From positions 87,296,001-87,360,000 of the forward strand of contig OX597816.1 of the NCBI GenBank assembly GCA_951406725.2: a stretch of DNA of 64,000 bases. The letters run 5' to 3'. The notes under the pieces were generated by a model. It did no database searches. It saw only the letters and a program-made list of their open reading frames with translations, and was not told the DNA's origin. Source of the stretch: Octopus vulgaris (taxonomy: Eukaryota). The stretch's first letter is position 1. The number at the start of each line of letters is the position of its first letter. A program made the translations under genes and the position numbers. Below are positions 54,218 through 64,000 of the stretch, piece by piece.

Positions 54218-56135
54218 GATCTCATAAGTGATATTGGCAACATAGAATCCACTATAACCTGTTGCATGGTCGGGTTGTAGGCGACTAAACTGGCACCACC
54301 ACCAGGCTATCCTGGTGAGGAGGGTTGCTAGAAGCCCAGTAGGATTAAAAACAAGACCTGATGAAAGTTCGGATGAACCTAGAGCAGGCTCAATGGCTAT
54401 CTAGCAATAAGCACGGGTATGCAGAAATTCCGGGATGGCATGTAGTCACCTACACATAGACGGCCCATACAAAGTCGTCTTCTTGACGCCCGACACAGTG
54501 GTAGGATTCGGTTGCTGCATGGGTCTCTGAGCAGCTCCATTTGTCACTCTACATGGAATGGCATTGGACATTTTGGGGATCATTGGTTTGTGCTAGATAT
54601 GCAGGGAGTGGCATTGGACATTTCGGGGATCATTGGTTTGTGCTACAGATCATGGCGTTCCTATATTCCTGAGCCTGCGACTCATATTGGTACCAGACAT
54701 CTTGCTCCGGCTTCTCTCTGGATAGTGTCAATAAAGTGGAGAGGTTTCTTTGAAGTGCTATGAGCAGAATATGGATCTTTTCCAGCTATTCATTGATTTA
54801 AAGAAGGCTTTTGATACTGTGAATAGAGCCTTGCTATGGAAAATACTTGGCAAAATTGGATGTCCGGATCACTCTGTATCTATAATTAAATCATTTCATG
54901 ATGGGATGGAGGCTTGGGTCAATATTGGTGGTAGCATGGCGGGACCTATTCCTGTAGAGAATGATGTCAAGTAGGGTGACATCCTTGCCTCAATTCTCTT
55001 TCTTTTGTATTTTGCTGCTGCTTTTACTCATGCTTTTGCTAAGGTTAGCTCTCTGGGAATGTATGTCAGGTATCGATCTTCTGGCTGCCTCTTTAATCTG
55101 CGCCGATTTGCTGCTAATTCAAAAGTTTTCCAGCCTCTTATTTGTGACCTCCTTTGTGACTTAGTCACTCATAAGTGGATGACAGAAAAATACTTATGAA
55201 TCATATTTCTGCTTCTTGCAAGGAATTTGGACTCAGCATTAGCCTGGACAAGACTGTTGTAATGCCCGGCCTGCACCAGGAAATCCATATGTGGAACCAG
55301 CTATCTTAGTTGAAGGAACAATTCTGAAAGTGGGAGAGAAGTTTGTCTACCTGAGCAGCGCACTCAGCCGTTCTTGATCCCTGGATGATGAAAAATCTCT
55401 CAGGCTGCAGACAGCAACAGATTCATTCCGGTTTCTTCAGTCGCGTGTCTGGTTCCAGCATGGCATCACAAAGCAAACAAAAATTGCTGTGTACCGTGCA
55501 TGTCTACTGACATCGCTCCTTTACAAACGTCCTGTAAGGGTCCTTGAACGTTTTCTTCAGTGATGTCTCAGACTCATTCTGAATGTTGGTTGGACCTTAA
55601 AAACTCCAGACACACAGTTCCTGAGGACAGCTGATATCTTGAATATTGAAGCGATGATGCACAAGCACCAGTTACGTTGGACTAGACACCTTATTAGAAT
55701 GAAGAATAGCAGAATCCCTAAGCAGATGCTATATGGGAACTTGTGAATGGAAAGAGACCCGGCAGAAACCAAGGTTGCGATCTAAGGACTATGTCAAGTC
55801 CTCATTAAAGGCCTGTGATATGCAGGGGACTGACTGGGAGAGCAATGCCTGTCATCGCCAAGGATGGAGAAATCAGGTTAAGGAGGGGGTCGACACTTTT
55901 GAGAGAGCACGTATTCTGTATGAAGAACTTAAGTGTGCTGCTCGCAAGCGCACTACGGTGTAGTGAATGGAAAAATGCTTGGTTTGCAAGATTTGCAGTC
56001 GTGTATGCTTGTCAAGAGTAGGGCTCATTAGCCACCAACGGAGCCGCAAATGCAAAATGTAAGTTAGTCCTAAAGCGCACAATGTTTCTGATGGTCAGCA
56101 ATGATCTTCCTCGGTCACGAGTGAACGGCCATCAT
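54215..56135 (+). mobile_element. RTE (BovB-like) LINE, degenerate, AP endonuclease region apparently deleted
   Basis: KCYEQNMDL..LFIDLKKAFDTVNR..LW.IL..GCP..IIKSFHDGM, F.YLSS, QLRW..HL.RM..RIPKQMLYG and a terminal C..C..H finger; (TA)n flanks. Confidence 0.85.
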
Positions 56136-56270
56136 ATTTATATATATATATATTGGTCTGCTCGCTTAGCCAGCGAGGTGGCGTCATTTGAAGGCTAAAA
56201 CAATGCGAAGCGCATTGTAACCAGCGATGTGTAGCAACATCTGATAGTCCGGTCGGTCACAGTGATCACG

Positions 56271-56322
<52 letters not shown>

Positions 56323-56547
56323 TATTTACATAAACTCAGAAACAAGTCCATATGCATGCATACAATGTGTGTGCGTGTGCTTGTGCTTGTGCGTGTGTGT
56401 GCATGTGTGTGTGTGTGAATGTGTGTGTGTGTGTGTGTGTGTGCATACTTTCATAAACTCATGGTTCTTTATTTCTCTGTTCTCTCTTTTCTCTAAATAT
56501 TTCCATTTTCTCTGTCATGACATAGGCAGTGGCATACATCAAAGAAT

Positions 56548-57190
56548 TTAATTCTGTGATGTCCTAATTTGAATTCTCATGATAACTTCAGTCGCTTTCT
56601 TAAGTTCTGATCTTAGCTTTGCTCTATCACATGGCTTCAAAGATAGTAACCGTTTCCTTTCCTCTAAGAACATCACTTCCAGGTTTCTGAAGCGGAGAGC
56701 AACCAAGTCTGGGCTAATTTCTTCCGGTGACTCTCTAGTTTGAGGTACAGTAATATCTTCTATACATAGTAGATTTCTTGCCTCCATGTCGAAGCTCTGT
56801 TCATTCTCCTCTTTTCATGAGTATTTCTTCTGGATCGGTACTTCCTTACATTTTATTTCGCAGTTCTATTATAATCCCTTTTTATTCTGTCTTCTGTAAC
56901 CACCTGTTGATCTCAATTTGTCTAATCTAATCAGCTAGTCTTTGTTCATTGACACCCTTCAGCTCATCATATCGATAATATTTTTCCAGAGCTTTTCCTA
57001 AAGCCGCTTATCTCTGGCTCACTCCGAATATAACATTCAAATAACAATTTTTGTCCATTTTAATCTCCTTCGCTGTTGTGGGTCAGTAGAAACTTCATTA
57101 CGATCGGGTTTTACGCTGCTGTTCTAAAGGACACCTGCCAAATGTGACACAAGTGCTGAAAGCTCTAACCTCGAAGACGTCTGTATGATC
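56548..57190 (-). mobile_element. 5'/N-terminal remnant of an R4/Dong-like element
   Basis: RRRLKWTK, ECYIRSEP.I.GFRK, NEQRLAD.IRQI...WL and ERKRL..LK; begins after an (AAT)/(AAC) tract. Confidence 0.6.
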
Positions 57191-57306
57191 ATTATTATTG
57201 TTGTTGTTGTTGAACACTGGGGCCGATGTAATCGACTCATCTCCTCCCTCAAAATTGCTGCCCTTGTGGCAAAATTTGAAACAATTATTATTATCGTTGT
57301 TGTTAA

Positions 57307-57698
57307 GGCGGTGAGCCGGGTGAAATACTTAGCGGTATTTCGTCTGCCGTTACGTTCTGAGTTCAAATTCCGCCGAGGTCGACTTTGCCTTTCATCCTTT
57401 CGCGGTCGATAAATTAAGTACCAGTTACGCACTGGGGTCGATGTAATCGACTTAATCCGTTTGTCTGTCCTTATTTGTCCCCTCTGTGTTTAGCCCCTTG
57501 TGGGCAGTAAAGAAATAGGTATTTCTCCCATTGCTACGTTTTGAGTTCAAATTCCGCCGGAGTCGACTTTGCTTTTCATCCTTTCGGGGTTGATAAATTA
57601 AGTACCAGCTGAGGACTGTGGTCAGTGTAATCGACTAGTCCCCCTCTCCCAAAATTTCAAGCCTTTTGCCCATAGTAGAAAGGATTATTATTATTATT
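57307..57698 (+). mobile_element. Composite SINE (short-type SINE split by a long-type SINE)
   Basis: GGTATTTC duplicated at 57334-57341 and 57518-57525; the outer parts match the intact copy at 62088-62306. Confidence 0.8.
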
Positions 57699-58145
57699 GC
57701 TGTTTTGAGTTAACAGAATAGTTTACACATCCCAGAAGTACCTGCTGCATTTATTCAGGTTATTTACGCTAAGGGCAGTTTTCCTTCCTGTCCTTTCTGT
57801 GTTGATAAATAAAGTACCAGTCAAGTACTGGTTCCATGTAAGCAACTAAATACCTCCCCTGAAAAAAAAACTGCTCATTATTAGAGCATGGATTGGCAGG
57901 TCGTTAGGGCGTCGAAGAAAATGCATTGCTATATTTATTCCGATTCTTTAGGTTCTAAGTTCAAATAATACTATCGTCAACTTTGACTTTCATTTGTCTG
58001 AGGTCGATAAAAAATAAAATACCGGTCAAGTACTAAAATCGATGGTTTCAATTGATTCCACACCACCACGCGAAAAAAAGAATATTTTTCAAGCCTTGTA
58101 CTTATGTTAGAAACAATTACTACTACAACAAATTCCTAAGCCTTT

Positions 58146-58184
<39 letters not shown>

Positions 58185-58984
58185 GAGGAGGAGGAGGAGG
58201 AGGAGGTGGAGTATAGTTGAAATATCTTGGGAATTTTCTCCAGATACACATGCACACATACATATATATACAAAAACACACAGATTCTCTCTATCTGTTT
58301 CTCTTTCGAAAACAATTCAATTATCCATTTTGTCAGATTTTTAATTAATTAATTAATTAGTTAGTTAGTCATTTACAAAATTAGTGAATCACTTATACAG
58401 GAGGAAAAACTAATAAATCATCATTTATATATTATATATACAGGGTAATCTTTTTTAGAGTGATTTCCTCGTGTAGTTCTTACGCTCTTTTCCATTCTAA
58501 TTATCAATGTTTGCTGTCAACATAGTGGTTTGGGGTTGCCAGCAAAGTAGAGCGCCAGACTAAACAACAGACGCTTTAGTTCAAATACCAAGTTTAGCTT
58601 TCAATAATTCCATGGTCAATAAAATATGCACTAATCAGGAATTAAGTACCGAGGAAATTGTTTATAACCTTCACCGAAATATTCTTTGTATCCCTGTACA
58701 GAAAATTATTATTGAAGCTATAAAAAAAATTTCACTGGCTTGGTTGAATCAGTGGAGCAACAGTAAAAATGATTCGAGCTTTTCATTATAGACCTTTTAT
58801 ATTATATCTTTAATCCTGAGATCAACTTTGCCTTTCATATTACGGGGATAGCTCGATAACATAAAGCACTAGTCCAATACCAAGACCGATTTAATACTGT
58901 TCCTGCACTCAATATGCTTAACCTTTCTAAATCTATTATTATTATTATTATTATTATTATTTTTATTTTTATTATTATAAATTC

Positions 58985-60090
58985 GGCTGCAATCTGGCAG
59001 AATCGTTAAGCACGCCAGGCAAAAATGCTTAGCGGTATTTCGTCTGCCGTTACGTTCTAAGTTCAAATTCCGCCGAGTCAGACTTTGCCTTTCATCCTTT
59101 CGGGGTCGATTAAATAAGTACCAGTTACGCACTGGGGTCGATATAATCGACTTACTCCGTTTGTCTGTCCTTCTTTGTCCTCTCTGTGTTTAGCCCCTTG
59201 TGGGTAGTAAATAAATAGGTATTTCGTCCGTCGCTACGTTCTGAGTTCAAATTCCGCCGAGGCCGACTTTGCCATTCATCCTTTCGGGGTCGATGAAATA
59301 AGTACCAGTGAAACTCTGGGTCGATGTAATCGATTAAGCCCCTCCCCTAAAATGGCTGCCTTTGTGGCAAAATTTGAAATCATTATTATGATTATAAATA
59401 AGGCGGCGAACTGGCAGTATTTCATCCGTCGCCACGTTCTGAGTTCAAATTCCGCCGAGGTCGATTTTGCCTTTCATCCTTTATATGGACCCCAATGAAA
59501 CACTGAAGTCCATGTAATTGTCTAGTCCCACCGCCCCCAAATTTCAAGCCTTATGCCTATAGTAGAAAGGATTATTGTTATTGGTATTATTAAGGCGAGG
59601 AGCGTGCAGAATCGTTAGCACACCAGACAAAGTGTTTAGTTGCATTCTTTTTCGTGCTTACGTTCAAATTCCACCGAGGTCGAATTTACTTTCATACCTT
59701 CGTAGTCGATAAAGTAAGTACCGGTCAAGTAGTAGAGTCGATGTAAACAACTTACCCCTCCTCCGAAATTGCTGGCCTCGTGCCAAAATTTGAAATCATC
59801 ATCATCGTCGTCCTCGTCGTCATCATTATCATCATCATCATCATCATCATTATTATTATTATTATTATTATCATTATTGTTATTATTAAGGCGGTGAGCA
59901 GGCTGAATTGTTAGCATGTCGGGCAAAATGCTTCGCCGCATTTCGCCCGTCTATGTTCAGAATTCAAATTCCACCGAGATCAGCTTTTCCTTTCGAGATT
60001 GGTAAAATAAGTTTTGGGGTCGATTACATTGACTATACTCTTCCCCAAAATCTTTTAGGTCTTGCACCTGTAACAGAAAGGGTTATTATC
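58985..60090 (+). mobile_element. Head-to-tail SINE stack (composite 58985-59395; monomers at 59401, 59593, 59889)
   Basis: Repeated heads (TAAGGCG) each follow an (ATT)n-type tail; central domains recur. Confidence 0.8.
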
Positions 60091-60761
60091 AACATTATCA
60101 TCATCATTATTAATATTGTTATTGTAATTTATCATCGAAGTTGAACGTGCTTTGGAAGCGGCGTGTGATTGAGTTTATTTATTTATTTTATAAGATGTTT
60201 AGTTTTCCATCTTGTTTCTTAATTGACAAGTACCATAACGGACTGATCAATCATTTCTGTTGTCCCATGGGGCAAAATTTAAAAGAAAGAACATTTTTCG
60301 AAGTAAACGGAAAATTTCAAAATGACATCGCTTTTGTCAACTAGCAAGAGCGGAAGAAGGTAGGAGACCTTAATGGTGAAACCGTCTTCCGCAGTCATCT
60401 CCTGTCAAATAATACTACAGACGTAGTAATAATTGAAAACAGTCGCAGCAATTTCTGTAGCCACAACAACTGCAATAATATCAATAGCTGAAATAATAAC
60501 AACACTAACTACGGTAGCAGCAGCAAGAAAATTGATATGTTAAACAAGGAAGCTCCCAAACTTGCGAGCAGCAAAAAATCAAGTGTAACCACCGTTATAC
60601 CAACACCATGTCGCAGCTCAAAGAACCGTTACCCAGCCTTTAAGAAGCAATAACGGCAGAGAAAATAATGATGCTAATAACAACAGCAGTAGTAGCAGAG
60701 AACACAACAAAAGTATTTCTTTTGCCAGATTGCTAAAGCTTTCGATCTCTTCTCACTAGAC

Positions 60762-60917
60762 CAGCGTTTCTCAACCGGGGTTCCTCAGAACCCTATGGTT
60801 CCGCAAAAGGTTACTAGGGGTTCCGCGAGAAAGAGTGTGATAAGCTAATGCTTATTAAAAAAATATAACAACCTTTTGGGGATATATTTATTGATGTATG
60901 TAATTTATGGACACCCT

Positions 60918-60960
<43 letters not shown>

Positions 60961-61843
60961 AGAAAAACGCCCCCCGTCCAATGAATGGTACTGAGTTGTC
61001 AAATATTTAAACCAAATTTTCTCAAAACAACTTGTCCGACCGTCTCATAGGCCTCCCTTTTGAGAAACACTGATTTAACCTAAATTTGAGACACCAGCAA
61101 AAAAAGAAATAAAGATAGACTTTTTTCTATTCCAAAGAAAAACGATTTTATTCACACAAATATGCAACCGAAGAGTTAACGATTTTATTCACACAAATAT
61201 GCAACCGAAGAGTTTAAAGTGCCAGTAATGATAAGGCTGTTGACTGGGAGAACACAAACATGGTTTAAACAGTAAGCTTGGCGGGAAAGAAACGTGCCTT
61301 TAAGCAGTACAAAAACAACAAAAAATGGGAGGTGCAGTTATGTACAGGTTGACGGAAGAAAAGCAGGACAAAAACGACTTTATCGATCACATTCTCACCT
61401 GGAATCGATTTTTGTAATTTTTTCAAGACTTATACACGCTCTGATACCGTCGGTATCTACATATCAAATTTGAGCGCAATCGGATGGAGGATTCCCGAGA
61501 TCCTAGAAGGCACACGGACAGACAGAACGGATTTTATATAATAGATATATATCAAATCAAATCAATCAAATCAAATTCATTGGCAGGAGAAGAGCACAAA
61601 GTGCTTAAGCCATGTAAAAAAAAAAGAAACAGTCATTGTTATATAGTTTGATACATAGTCCCCACAGTTGTCTAGAGCTTCTTTGAACAGGGGAGTGGTG
61701 TGCAGTTGATATTTACCACGTGAACTCCGATAAAAAAAATGAGGAAGATATGGTATATAGTTTTGTTGTTTTTTTGTGTGTGTGGAGGGTTTCCTTGAGA
61801 CATGTAAAACGGTTGAGACATGTAAAACGGTTGAGAAACACTG
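60762..61843. mobile_element. hAT (Charlie-like) non-autonomous element with nested insertions
   Basis: Ends CAGCGTTTCTCAACCG / CGGTTGAGAAACACTG; perfect 8-bp TSD CACTAGAC (60754-60761, 61844-61851). Confidence 0.85.
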
Positions 61844-62087
61844 CACTAGACATTAAACATGGACATTAAGAAGAGAAGTAGAAACACATCAATAAACTAG
61901 AATTTTAAAAAGTTAGGCTCAATATATCGCAACGCCATTTAGATCAGACAGAAATGAAAACAATTCTGTATAGATGCATATCAACATATACCTCCTGACC
62001 AAGCGTAAAGAACCTGAATAAATGCAGCAGGTACTTCTGGGATGTGTAACTATTCTGCTAACTTACAACATCAATAATAATAATAAT

Positions 62088-62306
62088 AATCTTTTCTACT
62101 ATGGGCAAAAGGCTTGAAATTTTGGGAGAGGGGGACTAGTCGATTACATCGACCCCTGTACTCAACTGGTACTTAATTTATCGACCCCGAAAGGATGAAA
62201 GGCAAAGTCGACCCCAGCGGAATTTGAACACAGAAAGTAGCAACGGGAGAAATACCACTAAGTATTTCGCCCGGCGTGCTAACGATTCTGCTAGCTCACC
62301 GCCTTA
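62088..62306 (-). mobile_element. Intact short-type Meta-domain SINE with (ATT)n tail
   Basis: Head TAAGGCGGTGAGC..AAATACTTAG, GGTATTTCTCCCGTTGCTAC, tail TTTCAAGCCTTTTGCCCATAGTAGAAA. Confidence 0.8.
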
Positions 62307-62807
62307 ACTTATACCTCCTGACCAAGCTGAATTCTGTTTTGGAAACATGGCAAGATGTTGATTTTGTGGGACATACCCATAAATTTGGATATATATTAGT
62401 TATTTTCCACTCGGAAACCCTGACCCAAAAGCACTTCACCGGTCCTCATGCAAATGACGATTTCACACTGATACTGATTTCACAATGATATCGACTGAGT
62501 GTAATCCAAGATGTTGCGGCTTCAGGGTATGTCGACGGACCATATGCCACAGAAGACCTCTGTTCAGAGAGTGTCGACAGTAAATTGAGCCCCTGACCAC
62601 CGAAAGCAGAATAGCAGGCACTCCAGTTCAGTAAGATGTCAGCCGATAGTATATAACAGAGACAATGTAAGCGTTCGTCATTACTGCCTAACCTTTCAGA
62701 GACAGCATTCTTTCAGCCCGTTTCTGGGTGCTGAGATTGATCACGCCGATCGTCATCTCGTCTCAGTTCTTCTCCACTTGAAAATCTGGACCAATCCAGA
62801 CTTTGAG

Positions 62808-62832
62808 TAATAATAATAACAACAACAACAAC

Positions 62833-62906
<74 letters not shown>

Positions 62907-62928
62907 TAAATAATAATAATAATAATAA
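62808..62928. repeat. (TAA)n/(CAA)n microsatellite
   Basis: Read directly. Confidence 0.9.
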
Positions 62929-63032
62929 CTAGCTGGACCCGTGAAAAATTCACGGAAAATATTACGAATGTAAGTATCTGTAAATTGTGGGCTGGTGCCA
63001 TGGGAAATGTTTCTATATTGTGACAGTTAAAT

Positions 63033-63803
63033 GCAGCGAGCTGGCAGAAACGTTAGCACGCCGGGCGAAATGCGTAGCCGTATTTCGTCTGCCGTTACGT
63101 TCTGAGTTCAAATTCCGCCGACGTCGACTTTGCCTTTCATCCTTTCGGGGTCGATAAATAAAGTACCAGTTACGCACTGGGGTCGATGTAATCGACTTAA
63201 TCCGTTTGTCTGTCCTTGTTTTTCCCCTCTGTGTTTAGCTCCTTGTGGGTAGTAAAGAAATAGGTATTTTATCTGTATTTACGTTCTGAGTTCAAATTCT
63301 GCCGGAGGTCGACTTTGTCTTTCATCCTTTCGGAGTCGACAAATTAAGTACTAGTTGGGTACTGGGGTTGATCTAATCGACTGGCTCCCTCCCACAAAAA
63401 ATTTCAGGAGTGGCTGTGTGGTAAGTAGCTTGTTTACCAACCACATGGTCCCGGGTTCAGTACCACTGCGTGGCACCTTGGGCAAGTGTCCTCTACTATA
63501 GCCTCGGGCCGACCAAAGCCTTGTGAGTGGATTTGGTAGACGGAAACTGAAAGAAGCCCGTCGTATATATGTATATATATGCGTGTGTGTGTTTGTGTGT
63601 CTGTGTCTGTCCCCCTAGCATTGCATGACAACCGATGCTGGTGTGTTTATGTCCCCGTTACCTAGCGGTTTGGCAAAAGAGTCCGATAGAATAAGTACTG
63701 GGCTTACAAAAGAATAAGTCCCGGGGTCGAGTTGCTCGATTAAAGGCGGTGCTCCAGCATGGCCGCAGTCAAATGACTGAAACAAGTTAAAGAGTAAAGA
63801 GAG
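63033..63803 (+). mobile_element. Trimeric SINE block: long-type SINE + short-type body + CORE-type SINE
   Basis: Junction aaata-GGTATTT at 63263; CORE SINE from 63407; block flanked by the direct repeat TATATTG(T/C)GACAGTTA. Confidence 0.8.
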
Positions 63804-64000
63804 TACAGTAGAAATGTATATTGCGACAGTTACAGAATATAGAAAGAAGTGTAAAACAGATAACTATATATATTCCAACCAATCGTAAACAGAATTACTA
63901 TTTATTTAGCCTTAAAATACACTGTACATATTCAAAGAATCTTCTTGGTTCAGTGGTACGGAACGTTCTCCTAGTATTCTTTTACTTGCTTCAGTCATTT

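Noticed and set aside
56100-56275. Resemblance between the RTE end (CTCGGTCACGAGTGA) and a SINE tail (GTCGGTCACGGTGA)
   Set aside because: The match is too short to claim a SINE/LINE partnership.
60350-60392. Hairpin GCGGAAGAAGGT...ACCGTCTTCCGC containing GAAACCGTC
   Set aside because: It lacks the CTGANGA box, so it is not a hammerhead.

Overview
This is an AT-rich, microsatellite-dense eukaryotic window with no recognisable host protein-coding gene. The SINE/LINE repertoire and the (ATAC)n/(GATA)n/(TAA)n load resemble an octopus or other coleoid cephalopod genome (inference). Nearly all interpretable sequence is mobile DNA: R4/Dong-clade REL retrotransposons, four 5'-truncated Tx1/L1-clade LINE copies abutting (GATA)n, RTE, CR1 and L2-like remnants, Penelope-like remnants with minimal hammerhead ribozymes, mariner/maT/hAT transposons and MITEs, and many tRNA-derived SINEs. 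Three signals stand out. (1) A SINE carrying the Tx1 LINE's 3' tail appears to have inserted four times at the same GGTATTTC site inside related SINEs. (2) A Tx1 family appears to target (TATC)n. (3) A tandem/inverted Penelope-type repeat carries a hammerhead with a compensatory U3:A8 core. Most short ORFs in the supplied track are microsatellite artefacts. All alignments were done by eye, so boundaries are approximate.
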